From NCBI GenBank assembly GCA_002269645.1, contig NIVC01001503.1:212732-276731 (forward strand): a stretch of 64,000 nt of DNA. Direction: 5' to 3'. The stretch is from Macrostomum lignano (lineage: Eukaryota). Under the pieces are notes generated by a model. It was not told the origin of the DNA. It did not search any database and saw nothing but the letters and a program-made list of their open reading frames with translations. Made by a program: the position numbers and the translations under genes. Shown here piece after piece: positions 24,692 through 38,377 of the stretch (position 1 is its first letter; each line of letters starts with the position of its first letter).

Positions 24692-27600
24692 TTAAAGTAG
24701 GTCGAAAAAATAATCCAAGCCCTGGCCAATCTCCCAGATTGAAAGGCCTGTTCCAAGACTTTTGGCAAGTTCAACCCTGGCTTGAATAGAAGCCAAAGTA
24801 GGGTAAGCTAGTACATGCGTACCGATGCCAGTGCTGAAAGTGGTAAGGCGTAGTTTTTAAGGTTTAATAGAGTAGAATCTTACATTTCGATAATGAAGTG
24901 CATGGAAAATTAAATATTGTTTACTTTCCACTTCTCTGTAGGCTAAATATATGTTTGAATGAAATACTCCTCCATATTGTGGACCTGCATGTGTGTCTCT
25001 GGACTATTTCCTGTCTATGGTCAGCATTTTCTGTCTAAGGTCTGCATTTCCTGTCTATGGACAATTTCCTGTCTATGGTCTGCATTTCCTGTTTATGGAC
25101 AATTTCCTGTCTTTGGTCAGCATTTCCTGTCTATGGACAATTTCCTGTCTTTGGTCAGCATTTCCTGTCTATGGAAAATTTCCTGTCTTTGGTCAGCATT
25201 CCCTGTCTATGGACAATTTCCTGTCTATAGTCAGCATTTCCTGTCTAAGGTCTGCATTTCCTGTCTATGGACAATTTCCTGTCTATGGCCTGCATTTCCT
25301 GTCTATGGTCAGCATTTCCTGTCTAAGGTCTGCATTTCCTGCCTTTGGTCAGCATTTCCTGTCTAAGGTCTGCATTTCCTGTCTATGGATAATTTCCTGT
25401 CTATGGTCAGCATTTCCTGTCTATGGTCTGCATTTCCTGTCTATGGACAATGTCCTGTCTATGGTCTGCATTTCCTGTCTATGGACAATGTCCTGTCTAT
25501 AGTCTGCATTTCCTGTCTATGGTCTGCATTTCCTGTCTATGGTCTGCATTTCTTGTCTACATGTATGGATGGGACTGGATTTTCCTGTCTTTGGTCAGCA
25601 TTACCTGTCTATGGACAATTTTCTGTCTATGGTCTGTATTTCCTGTCTATAGTCTGCATTTCCTGTCTATGATCTGCATTTCCTGTCTATCGTCTGCATT
25701 TTCTGTCTATGGGACTGGATTTTCCGGTCAATGGATAGCGTTTCCTGTCTATGGTCTGCATTTTCTGTCTATGGGATTGGATTTTCCGGTCAATAGATAG
25801 CGTTTCCTGTCTATGATCTGCATTTCCTGTCTATGATCTGCATTTACTGTCTATGGTCTGCATTTCCTGTCTATGATCTGCATTTTCTGTCTATGGGATT
25901 GGATTTTCCGGTCAATAGATAGCGTTTCCTGTCTATGATCTGCATTTCCTGTCTATGATCTGCATTTCCTGTCTATGGTCTGTATTTCCTGTCTATGGTC
26001 AGCATTTCCTGTCTATGGTCTGCATTTCCTGTCTATGATCTGCATTTCCTGTCTATCGTCTGCATTTTCTGTCTATGGGACTGGATTTTCCGGTCAATGG
26101 ATAGCATTCCCTGTCTATGGTCTGCATTTTCTGTCTATGGGACTGGATTTTCCGGTCAATGGATAGCGTTTCCTGTCTATGGACTGAATTTCCTGTTCCT
26201 GGACTGAATTATGGACTGAGCTATCATAACTATAACTATTATCTATAGACGGGAGAGGGATAGATAATTTTGTCTCCCGTCCATAGACTGGACAGGATGT
26301 TTGCCAATTAAAGCATGTATGTAGCAAACTGCTAGATAATAGAGAATGCAGTAAACTTACGAATACTCTAAGAAGTGTTCCTTATACTCGGAGCTCCATT
26401 GCAAATCGGGTCGGTGCTTTTTGAGTATCTCCAAGTACTTAGATCCAATCACCGGTTCAACATTGCCAGGCACAAAATCGTAGCCGAAGAAGTTAAGGCC
26501 CAGCAGGATTTTAGCCCGAAGTGGGCTAGCCGAATCCGGCACGAGATTTTCAACGCAGAGCCGCATCCAAGTCACGGGAGCGTTGGGCGCCGCTTGGTTT
26601 AGGCCAGAGTTTTGAGCAAAATCGTACGTCATCAATGAGAAATAGTCAACCGAGGCGCTCAACGCGTCGAAGTCAGTCTTGGAGAATACAGTGGACGCTT
26701 GGCTGTAAATGTGTGTGAGGTTGACGTAATTCAATTGAGTTCAATGCTACACGAAAATCGTACACATTAAATTAGGTACAAGTAAAAAATGCAGTACGAT
26801 TCTTGGAACTCAATGACCGATGAGCCATGGCTACTAATTTCAAACTAATTTCGGTGTCACGGTACCTAGGCCAAGAAGCGTCCCAGAGTAACCTTTGCGT
26901 CGCCCCAGAGTCGTCGAAGGTAACACATGTAAAATAGGAAAGAACAAAGAAGTGACTCTAAGACGACTCTAAAACGACGATGTGTCACGGTACAAGTCGC
27001 TAAAAAACTCATCAAATAGACGCCTTAAAAGTCAGTTTGAGGTTTCTCCAAAGCGGATAGCGAATAGTAGCGGATAAGCGGATAACTATCCAAAGCGGAT
27101 CTCCACTGTGAAGCCCGGCTGCTCCCCGTCCGACAGCATAAGTGCCTCCTTTCGCTCCAGTTTAAACTTCGTACCAAGTTTAAACGGTGACCCACCTGTT
27201 CAGCTGCCCCGCAAACCCGACACTCACATAACAGCTGTCTGTTATGCGAGATTTATGAGCCAAGTCGATCGAGGTGTCCGCTTCTTTGGAATCGGCCGCC
27301 CTACCGACAGGCGGAGACCCCGGCCATGTGTTAATACGCACAGTCGCTTGAGTTGTTACTTGTTTAAATTAGAAATAAATTACTTACTTATGCAGCAAAG
27401 GCGGCGGCACAACCAGAATCAGTAGCTGACCATTTTCGTGCATGTCTTCCGCAAGGTGCCTAACAAAATGCGCCAATTCTTTGTTCCTGTGGCCGCCAAG
27501 CATCGACCAGACCTCAAGCACGGCGCCGTCGAAGCTGTACTTCTTTAGAAAGTTTACAACAGTCTGAGCGCAGCCGTTAGCCACGTATTGATTGGTTAGC

Positions 27601-29642
27601 AGCCGGTGAAAATCTTGCGAAGTCCACGACTCAAAAATAATGCGCGGCACAATGGCAACCTTGCGGGCGGACTTGACAGCACGAATCCAGCCTGCGAATT
27701 TCAAAGAAGCAGACAAGTAAATGCATGCATATTACATATTGTGATAACAACATACATGTAGCAGCAGTCAAAAGCTTGCTTTAAAAGCGCAAATATCTAT
27801 GGAGTAAAAAGGCGTCGGTTCTAAGATATCCAGGACAGGCGGAGGACACAATCGACTAAATATCAGGACAGGACAGATGGTGCACACAGTCCAACAAACG
27901 TGTAGTGATCCGCTAGTTGGTGTTAGGCGTCGCACATTGTCAGCAGTCGCCCTTGCCCTCGCCCTCGCCCTGGGTTGCTGTCTGCCGCTGGTCAGCTTCC
28001 TGCCTCCCTCCTTTTGTCTGTCTGTTGCTGCTCCCTTCCCTCGTTTTGCCCGTTCTGCCCCTTGTTTCTCAGCCCTCAGCTTCTCTGCTGTGGGCTGTCT
28101 CTGTTTCGCTCGGTCTTTGTTTCCCCTGTCATGTGAGCGAGTCACATGACAGATCCTCTGTTCTTTGAGTCCTAAAGTGCAGTAAACATGTTTACTGCAC
28201 TTGTTGGCCCTGTTTACCGGGAGAGTCACATGCTTTCGGCCCCCTCCCTTTTCTAAGGAGAGGAGTGACTCATGTTGCTAAAAATAGCAACTGAGTCACA
28301 GCCATGTGCACTCTGCCGGGAGACCCTCAAGTGACGTCAGTTCTAAAAATAGAACAAGTCACGAGGTCTTCCGCGCGCTTGTACCCTGCCCGAGACTCTC
28401 GAGTGACGTCAGTTCTAAAAATAGAACAAGTCACGAGGTCTTGTGCGCGGTGTTTTCCGGCTATAAATAGGACCCCTCTCCCCTTGTTTCCGTCAAGGAG
28501 TTTTCAGCTTTGTGTCAGTTTCTGCTTGGTGTCTGTTCTGTCCAACCTCGAGTTCCACGTCCGCGTGTGACTAAGTCCTCAGTGTTCGAGTCTTTGCGTA
28601 CATTGATTCTGTTCCTATTGATCCGACTGAGACCCGACCAAGCCAACCCAAGCCTACGAGAGGCTAACTCAGCCCTCCCTCTACCATCCTAGCCCGGCAG
28701 GTACTGCTGACGAGACGCCTTGTACGTTGCGCTCTAAAATCTGCACGCTGTGCTGTGTTCGTTGACTTCATTATTTCGTTCCGACGGGAAGCTCACCTCA
28801 CCGAAGGCCGAGACCTGAAGGAACTGGTGGCAGCACTACCTACGCTACTAAAGTTAAGAAGGCTTCTAAGTGAGAGGACGGAGCCCAAGTCACTGCGCTG
28901 TACAGCAGGACAACCACAGGTACAACAAACGTCAGGACAGATAGAAGACACGATTCATTAAACACAGGGCAGGTGGAGGTGGAGGACACAATGCACTAAA
29001 CACAGGGCAGGTGGAGGACACAATGCACTAAACACAGCGCAGATGGAGGTCACATCAATGAAATGCAGTGACTCACCCTGGTCAATGTCGTGGTCGCCAG
29101 TGATGACAAAACCAGTTTCAGACTTTCCTGGCCTTAGCTGCAGCCAAACAGGCGATACAAATGAAAACTTTGGTCCAAACGTTTTTGCATGATCATAGCC
29201 TTTTGAGTTCCACTGTGGGTTAATTAGTACCAAAAGTCACAATAAAGTTTACACTTTTAGCAGAATAGAATAACCAAATAAGCTCACAGGTGTTACATAG
29301 GCCAGAGTAGCCAGTGGGAATAGTTTAGTCTTGGCGTGGGCATGTGAGTAGGACAAGTGATTGTGAAGAATGTCCTTGTAGCTTGGATTCTCGGTAACAA
29401 GGTTGCGCTGGGTGACCAGTGAATCAGCTGGAGGCACAGTCTGAATCAATAAGATTTAATGATTTTTTGTTTTAACATTTAAACCATGACCAATGAGTTA
29501 TTGCAAATTTAAAACCATGCAAATAAAATACTCATACCACATCCACTGTTGACTTCTTTTTCTTCTTGTCAGTCTTTGACAAAGTTGAGTCAAGTTGGGG
29601 CACTAATGTTAATATTAAAATCAGGCATACTATAGCCTTCAT
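24692..29642 (-). CDS. CHID1: Chitinase domain-containing protein 1 (SI-CLP, inactive GH18); exons 29642-29538, 29440-29288, 29212-29077, 27691-27388, 26702-26361, 24833-24692
   Basis: Signal peptide then TLSKTD; [29 protein letters not shown] (catalytic DxE lost, as in CHID1), [17 protein letters not shown], terminal [15 protein letters not shown]. Phases 0,0,1,2,2 all consistent. Confidence 0.95.
25000..26200. repeat. Minisatellite, 18-20-bp unit (ctgcatttcctgtctatggt) in the last CHID1 intron
   Basis: Directly visible. Confidence 0.93.
27901..28927 (+). mobile_element. Solo LTR (1027 bp) in CHID1 intron 3, antisense to the host gene
   Basis: Starts TGTAG, ends CAACA; 4-bp TSD aacg at 27897-27900 and 28928-28931; internal 72-bp enhancer duplication and TATA box at 28461. 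Confidence 0.75.
28175..28470 (+). promoter_or_regulatory. LTR U3 enhancer/promoter: 28-bp palindrome with two forkhead sites, AP-1 x2, MEF2 x3, CRE x2, TATA
   Basis: aagtgcagtaaacatgtttactgcactt (28175-28202); tgactca and tgagtca; ctaaaaatag at 28278, 28343, 28415; tgacgtca at 28332, 28404; ctataaatag at 28461. Function inferred from consensus matches only. Confidence 0.55.
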
Positions 29643-30984
29643 CTTTATTGTCAGAAAGTTTTTAAAAAGAAGGCAAATTGCTTTGAAAGTCGCAACAATC
29701 AATACCAAATTTGCCTATAAATCCACTGTATTAAAAATTTAGCTAAATGGCAAATAGCCATCCAACACATTTTCAAAGTGACCTTACATTTTTATGAGAT
29801 AGCGCTTGGTATATTGTGGCCCTTGGTATATAGCAGATTTTTAAAAAAAACAGACAAAGGAAACAAAATTTATTAAAAAATGTAGCAGGAGTTTGACCAT
29901 AGGGTAAGGGGATAGGGTAAGTCAACAAGTTAGCAAAATTTTGAAGTGGAAGCTGACTAATGTATAAAAATGTATAAAATGTATAAAATAACTGTGGTAA
30001 ATGACTACTAGACCCATGAGCCAATGAAAATTGCACATAAATATAGGCTGCATTATGCCTTATCCCCCCAAAGGGTATAAATCATATTCCTATAAGCAAT
30101 ATGTAAATGCACATCTATGATTTTTTGTGTAGCAGAGGTAAAAAAGAAATGAAGCTAAAGCCCAGTAGAAAAATATTCTACTGCTTCAAAAGTTTTTTGC
30201 ACTTAAGCACAAGTACTTTCACTACTTTCTACTAGCTTGTTGAATTACTATAAGTCAATGGCCAAGTTTGTGAACATTTCTGCTTATAAGTTTTGATTCT
30301 ATGTTCTGGTTTTTTAAAATATTAGAATTATTATAAAAATGAGAGTTGCAGCTAGAAATTTGTAAGTTAGAAAAATATTTTTATCTAAAATAATGATAAT
30401 CTTTTCCTATATACTAAAAATGAAATGTCTGTAACTAACTAGCTATGCGATAGATTTCAGAAAAAATGGCTCAACCGATTTTCTTCAAACTTGCACCATT
30501 CGATCAGAAATTTTCCTGGGACGGTACATGCATCTTGGCTAAGAAATTGCTCAATGTTAAAGGGATTAAATATTCGAAAAACATGCTTTTTTGCAAAGGT
30601 CAAGCCAAATTTTTGACTTGAAATGAATTGTAAGAATGCTAGAGAAAAAACTGACTGGCTGAATTACGATTGTGATAAAGATTGCATCACAACAAGTTGA
30701 AAACAGTGCCACAGAAACGCACACAAGACTTCATTGAAATTGCGTAACCATATTGCTAACTTGAATTCAGACTGATACTGGCTGACTGAGAAATTGATTA
30801 TGTCATAACTTTTTACTCTAACTGACTTGCTATAAGAATTTATTATAGGGCCACAATTCAAGTTCTCCAATTGAAAAGAGATAGCTGGATGCAAACAGAC
30901 TGGAATGCTAATGTAGCGACCTTGGTTCGAATCTTAGTAGTGAAAAATGTTTTTTTTATTAAAACACCTTAAAAACACAAAATT

Positions 30985-33195
30985 CTAAACATTAAAGAGC
31001 CACCATTTCAAACATTAAAGAGCCACAATGTCAAACATTAAAGAGCCACCATTTCAAACATTAAAGAGCCACAATGTCAAACATTAAAGAGCCACCATTT
31101 CAAACCTAAAAGAGCCACCATGTCGAACATTAAAGAGCCACCATGTCGAACATAAAAGAGCCACCATATCAAACATAAAAGAGTTACCATGTCAAACATT
31201 AAAGAGCCACCATGTCGAACATTAAAGAGCCACAATGTCAAACATTAAAGAGCCACCATTTCAAACCTAAAAGAGCCACCATGTCGAACAATAAAAAGCC
31301 ACCATGTCAAACATTAAAAAGCCACCATGTCAAACATTAAAGAGACACCATTTCAAACCTAAAAGAGTTACCATGTCAAACATTAAAGAGCCGCCATGTC
31401 AAACATAAAACAGACACCATTAAGAACATTAAAGAGCCACCATGTCGAACATTAAAGAGCCACCATGTCAAACATAAAACAGCCACCATTTCGAAAATTA
31501 AAGAGCCACCATTTTAAACATTAAAGAGCCACCTTATCAAACATTAAAGAGCCACCATGTCGAACATAAAAGAGCCACCATGTAGAACATAAAAGAGTCA
31601 CCATGTCAAACATTAAAGAGCCACCATGTAAAACATTAAAGAGCCACCATGTCGAACATAAAAGAGGTACCATGTCAAACATTAAAGACCCACCAGGTCA
31701 AACATGAAAGTGCCACCATGTCAAATATTAAAAAGCCACCATGTCAAACATTAAAGAGCCACCAGGTCAAACATAAAAGTGCCACCATATAAAACATTAA
31801 AGAGCCACCATGTCAAACATTAAAGAGCCACCAGGTCAAACATATACATGACTCCATGTCAAACATTAAAGAGCCACCGTGTAGAACATAAAAGGGCCAC
31901 CATGTCAAATATTAAAGAGCCACCATGTAAAACATTAAAGAGCCACCATGTCGAACATTTAAGAACCACCATGTCAAACATAAAATAGCCACCATGTGAA
32001 ACATATAGGTAACTCCATGTAAAACATTAAAGAGCTACCATATCAGACATATACATGACTCCATGTCAAACATATACGTGACTCCATGTTAGACATTAAA
32101 GAGCCACCATGTCGAACATTAAAGAGCCAACGTGTTAAAAATACAAGAGCCACCATGTCAAACATATACATGACTCCATGTCAAACATTGAAGAGACACC
32201 ATGTCGAACATAAAAGAGCCACCATGCAAAACATAAAAGAGCCACCAGGTCTAACATTAAAGAGCCACCATGGCAAACATATACATGACTCTATGTCGAA
32301 CAATCAAGAGCCACCATGTCAAACATTTAAGAGCCACCAGGTCAAACATGAAAGTGCCACCATGTAAAACATTAAAGAGCCACCATGTCAAACATATACG
32401 TAACTCCATGTCAAACATTGAAGAGACCCCATGTCAAACATTAAAGAGCCACCACGTCGAACATAAAAGAGCCACCATGTAAAACATATACGTAACTCCA
32501 TGTCAAACATTGAAGCAACACCATGTCGAACATAAAAGAGCCACCATGTCGAACAGTAAAGAGCCACCATGTCGAACATTAAAGAGCCACCATGTCGAAC
32601 TTTAAAGAGCTACCATGTCAAACATTAAAGAGCCACCATGTTAAACATAAAAGAGCCATCATGTCAAACATATAAGTGACTTTATGTCGAAAATTAAAGA
32701 GCCACCATGTCTAACATTAAAGAGCCACCATGTCCAACATTAAAGAGCCACCATGTCAAAAATTAAAGAGCCACCATGTCTATCATTGAAGAGCCATCAT
32801 GTCAAACATTAAAGAGCTACTTTGTCTAACATTAAAGAGCCACCATGTCAAACATTAAAGAGCCACCATGTCAAACATTAAAGAGCCACCATGTCAAACA
32901 TAAAAGAGCCACCTTTTTGAACATTAAAGAGCCACCATTTCGAACATTAAAGAGCCACCATGTCAAACATAATAGAGCCACCATGTCAAACATTAAAAAG
33001 CCACTTTGTCAAACATAGAAGAGCCCCCATGTCAAACATAGAAGAGCCCCCATGTCAAACATAGAAGAGCCCCCATGTCAAACATAGAAGAGCCACTATG
33101 TCAGACATTGAAAAGCCACCGTATCAAACATAAAAGAGTTACCATGTACGAGCGTAGAACATAAAAGAGCCACCCTGTTAAACATAAAAGATACA
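30985..33195. repeat. Minisatellite, 23-bp unit (aaacattaaagagccaccatgtc), diverged
   Basis: Directly visible. Confidence 0.95.
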
Positions 33196-33284
33196 CAATT
33201 TCAAACGTAAAAGTAAGCGAATTTTAAAGGAGCCGCTATAATGCTAAGGAAATTGTCGCACTAGCTACTTATTGTCTGGTGGAT

Positions 33285-34180
33285 GCTTGCTATTTGGGGA
33301 TGCTATCTATCTTGGGGATGCTTGCTATCTGGGGGATGCTATCTATCTTGGGGATGCTTGCTATCTGGGGGATGCTTGCTATCTGGGGGATGCTTGCTAT
33401 CTGGGGGATGCTTGCTATCTGAGGGATGCTTGCTATCTGGGGGATGCTTGCAATCTGGGGGATGCTTGCTATCTTGGGGATGCTTGCTATCTTGGGGATG
33501 CTTGCTATCTTGGGGATGCTTGCTATCTGGGGGATGCTTGCTATCTGGGGGATGCTTGCTATCTGGGGGATGCTTGCTATCTGGGGGATGCTTGCTATCT
33601 TGGGGATGCTTGCTATCTGGGGGATGCTTGCTATCTGGGGGATGCTTGCTATCTGAGGAATGCTTGCTATCTGGGGGTGCTTGCAATCTGGGGGATGCTT
33701 GCTATCTTGGGGATGCTTGCTATCTTGGGGATGCTTGCTATCTGGGGGATGCTTGCTATCTGAGGGATGCTTGCTATCTTGGGGATGCTTGCTATCTGGG
33801 GGATGCTTGCTATCTGGGGGATGCTTGCTATCTTGGGGATGCTTGCTATCTGGGGGATGCTTGCTATCTGGGGGATGCTTGCTATCTGGGGGATGCTTGC
33901 TATCTGGGGATGCTTGCTATCTGGGGGATGCTTGCTATCTGGGGGATGCTTGCTATCTGGGGGATGCTTGCTATCTGGGGGATGCTTGCTATCTGGGGTA
34001 TGCTTGCTATCTGGGGGATGCTTGCTATCTGGGTGGATGCTTGCTATCTGGGGGGATGCTTGCTATCTGGGGGATGCTTGCTATCTGGGGGATGCTTGCA
34101 ATCTGGGGGATGCTTGCTATCTGGGGGATGCTTGCTATCTGGGGATGCTTGCTATCTGGGGGATGCTTGCAGTCTTGGGA
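33285..34180. repeat. Minisatellite, 18-bp unit (gggggatgcttgctatct)
   Basis: Directly visible; LGDACY/GGCLLS ORFs are artefacts. Confidence 0.95.
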
Positions 34181-34270
34181 TGATTTCTTTTTGCAATGCA
34201 CTTCATTTGAGCAGTTTGTCTGTTGTCTTTTTGAAGGATTTTTGGCTGTCTTTTTGTTACTTGTAGAAAA

Positions 34271-34932
34271 CAGAGATTCTATCCAGATGTCCCCCATCGG
34301 GGGGCGAAGATTGCTAGTATATAACTACTTGTACAACAACTGCCTATGTGACAACTGCCTGCATGACAATTGACTGCAATAACAACTAACTGCTAAGACA
34401 ACTGCCTGTAGCAACAACTGCCTGCACAACAATTGCCTATATAACAGTTGTTTCCAGCTGATTGTGGAGACAACTAGCTGCTAGCTGAGCTTATTCAGCA
34501 ACTCAGAATGCAACACCATAGTTATTAGTAGCAACTAGAAAAAAAAAATAAAATACCAAACAGAAATAAAGAACAGGTTTTAGTGTAATTAATTCAAAAG
34601 TATATTATTAAATATATTTATATTTAATTGTACAATTCTAAATCAATAGAAACTATTTGCTACTACTATAGTACATTGGTTCCCTTAATTATTAACTTGA
34701 ACAAAAGCAATAGGGAATACACACATACAAACAAAGTCATTGCTGCAGGCAAGTTGTTGCACAATTGTCTTAGCACTTGTTAGCAGTCAATTTTCACTGC
34801 AGGCAGTTGTTATGCAGGCAATTATTGTATAGGTAATTGTTGTGCTATCATTTTAAACATGTTCAATTATATAGGCATACCAATGGATTTGTTTATCTAG
34901 GGCCTATATTGGATGCCATCTATATAGACTCT
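34271..34932. mobile_element. Decayed fold-back/MITE-like element
   Basis: acaactgcct repeats at 34337-34445 mirrored by aggcagttgt-type repeats at 34740-34850; degenerate terminal inverted match; no TSD found. Confidence 0.4.
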
Positions 34933-36027
34933 TATTTGCTTTTTAAAGAAAGGAATCAAATAAGCTAGGTGTAACTTAAGGGATTTTTTATTTAGACATT
35001 GTCATATTGGATACAAAACAAGGCAGGCATAAATCTATATCTATAAATTGAGATTGGGCACATTGCTATCTCAAAGGGTTGCAACCTTCCTGCATCCTGC
35101 TGCCATTCTGTGCCAAGACCCACTACTTCCCTCTACTGCACGCACACACAAACCCACAGCACACACACAGGCAGGCTTTGCACAGGGAGAGGCCATTAGC
35201 TTACCCAAACTTCCTTATGCTTTGCCACCCAGGGAGAAAGGCTTAGCAAGCCATAAGTGAAATGATAGTGAAAGTGTGAATAATGAGGAGTTTAGTAATG
35301 GTTATTAATTAGGACCTTAGGCAAAATAAACAGGCAAATAGGCGGCTTCACTTTTGAGTAAATATAGCAAAGATATATAGTAACACAATTGGCTCAGCTC
35401 TCTAATCAAGCAATGGGAAATCAGCAAACCATGGATAAGCAAAGGCAATTAAAGCACAAATTAGTACAGGCTCACTGGCAGCTACACAGAGAGAAAGAGC
35501 AATGGAGTGACTGAGGGTAGCTGTTGGCTATAGACAGGCAGGACATGAAATGGCAATGCACTAAAGAGATGAGGCACTAATATAGCTCTGGCAATGCTGA
35601 GGATGCTGGGTGGTATCAGACCATGGGTCAGCAGATGAGCTTGTTTGGGGAGCTAAAGGAACTTGGCGGTATCAGACTGTAGACTGGCAGAGGTTTGTCC
35701 TATAGACAAATGGTTCAGAACAATGTCTGACAGCAAATCCAAAGATAGGACAAGAAGAAAAGCATTTGTGAAGGTCAAAGCAATGTCTGATAGCAAGTCC
35801 ATATAAGGACCACTTCAGAGATGTCTGAGAGTTCTTATGCTAAAGACTGCTTCCTTGAATAGGCCTCACAGCCGCCATTTCAAGGTTGTTTCCATGACTC
35901 CCTCTCTCTGATTGGCTGCCAGAGAAATGATATCAGAATGAGCCATGATGAGAAACATGAGAATGCCATAGCAACATGAGAAATGGAGAAATTGCACAAT
36001 CTGGAGGTGGGGTAAGTGGATAATAAG

Positions 36028-36199
36028 CATGCTTAGGCATAACCTAGGGATTCACATAGCCATTTCTATTAGCAACACACACACGTAAGTCGCTATTGGA
36101 CAGAATAGTAGTTGCATGACTGCTCTCAGCCAATAGTGACTTATATATGTATGCTGCCAATAGAAATGGCCAAGTGATTCCCAAGGTTGCGCATGTATG
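36028..36199. mobile_element. Palindromic 172-bp hAT-type MITE, heavily mutated copy
   Basis: Colinear with 48437-48608 (same length); CAT...ATG ends; TSD ataataag / ataatgag (one mismatch). Confidence 0.85.
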
Positions 36200-37438
36200 A
36201 TAATGAGCACAGCGGGGGGTTGAGAAAGTATTATACAAGCAAGCATTGAGAACAATGGGGCCCAAGTCAAGAACAAAAGAAATTGAAATTGGGGATAGTT
36301 GGGAAAAACTGAGAACAATAGAAAAGTAAACATTGGAGAAAAGGTGAAGTCAAGGTGCAGCTAATTGGTGCAGCTAATTGGGTGCAAAAAGGAAAACAAT
36401 AGGGCCTAGAAAGAGAAAATCTGGGAAAATATGATAATTAGGTACAAAAATGAGAACAAAAAATAAAAAACAAGAACAATAGAAGTGGAGGTACAGTGGG
36501 TGTCACATGAGAAATCTAAAAGAGAAAAATATTGTGAGAAAAGGTTGCACAAGAGAGGGTGATAAGTCAATGGGGTGAAGGAGAGGTCAGAAGGCTTGCG
36601 TTACTATTTGGGATTCTAGAAGGAGATAGGGCAACAATAAGCACAAGAAATACTATAAGTAAGCATAGGATGAGAAGGGGACAGCGTAAGAAAAATGGGC
36701 TAAAATGAGACAAAAAAGATGGGAAACAGGAGAAGTACATGATAGTTGGGGTAGAGCATATTGGAAACAGAAAAGTGGATGAGGTGCAAAAAGAAAAGGG
36801 AGCTCCAGAAAGGCACATGTAGCTGAGTGGGAGATGGAACCAAGATAGCAAGGGGATGCAATAGAGCAGGAGTTAGTTGGGCTAGTCAGGGACTTGACTT
36901 AGTCTTGACAGCTCTGCCTAGTAGATACATGGAGGTTGGAAGTACTTTTAAAAAAGTTTCCCCTAGTAGACCCTATGACCAGAGTGTGGTTATATCAAAT
37001 AAATGAATAATAAAATAATTTACATTGTTAATATATGTGCCCAATCTCAAAATTTCATTTTCACCCATCTAGTGTGATTTAGTTTTGTCTAGATTTGCAA
37101 CTTAGTTCCTCTGCATTGCAATTTAGCTCTTTTAAATTGCAACTTGGTTTCCTCAATTGACTTAATTTTCATTTTGTATATGACTTTTCTTGCCTTTTTT
37201 TCTTTTTTTCTTCTCTTTCCCCTTTTTCTCTTTTTCTTTTTTTCCTTTTCTCTTCTTCTCCTTTCTTTCTTCTCCCATTCTTTTTGTTTTTTGCATTTTT
37301 GATTTTGTGACTTATCTTGGCCAGTAGCCATTTCATCCATCTAGCTTATATGGGTTGGACGAGTGTGGTGTTAGGCATATATGATTGTTAAAATCTTTGA
37401 CATTTAGGCTCTGCTTTAGTATATAGCAAAGCAAATAG

Positions 37439-38377
37439 GGCATTCTTTCGTTATAGAAGACCCAAAAATGCGTGACTTTTGTAATAGAAGACCCATGGAA
37501 AAGGGGAAGAAATCAATCGAAAAACGAGCATTCACTAACAAAATGAAAGCGTAGCAAAAGTTAATTTCACACAAAGTTGTCATACTGTAATTGCAAGCGT
37601 TTATTCCACCAATTTCATACCCAGCCTGTCAAACTATAATACACTAGTGCCATGAGGTCACTGTGTATATACACTTTTGTTTTAGAAGACCACAAAATAG
37701 GAATATTGCTTGTGGGTCTCGTGAAACGAAAGTAGCCTAAGAAAGAAGCAGCGAGCTATCATATGCCAGTGTTATTCAAGAGACACGAGTATGAGTACGA
37801 AAGATTTAGAAATGTATGAAAGCAGCGTGTGCATGCACTCCTCTTACCTTCAAAAAAGAAGACCCAACTCATTTCACCTAAGTATTTACAACATGGAGGT
37901 CTTGCATTACGAAAGTAAGAGACCTTTATGTTCAACTTACTTCTGCGGAATTTCCAACAGGTAACTGACAATGAACATCGTGATCCCCTACTTTCGTTTT
38001 GGAAAACCTTTAATGGATGCTTAACATTGTTGGTCTTTTAAAACGAAACTGTATATATCAGACATTCATAGAAAATGTACCCAAGGCCGACACAGGAAAA
38101 CAAATCATCTAAACCCTACGTTTCTGCAGCTTTTATTGCTGCCACCCCTACTACCTTCGTTTTGGAAGACTTTCAATGAAATAGTAGCTTGACGGTCTTC
38201 TAAAATGAAACTGTAATATAAACTGTAATAAAGGACACACAAAGCCATTAAGAATAAACAAACAAAATAATAGACAACAATATATGAGCAGCTTCCTATG
38301 TTTTAGGCGGGTCTCCTTTTTGAAACTGCCAGCTTCCTATTTGATTCATAGAGGGTCTTCTAAAACAAAAGAATGCC
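37439..38377. mobile_element. Non-autonomous Merlin-like DNA transposon (939 bp)
   Basis: 25-bp TIRs ggcattctttcgttatagaagaccc / gggtcttctaaaacaaaagaatgcc (2 mismatches); perfect 8-bp TSD gcaaatag; GG termini plus 8-bp TSD fit Merlin/IS1016. Confidence 0.75.

Noticed and set aside
30440-30620. ggctcaaccgattttcttcaaact motif resembling Helentron/DINE-type elements
   Set aside because: Boundaries and TSD could not be defined.
35000-37350. CpG-free purine-rich stretch with short coding-like frames
   Set aside because: Interrupted by stops and no recognisable domain; treated as part of the decayed domain.
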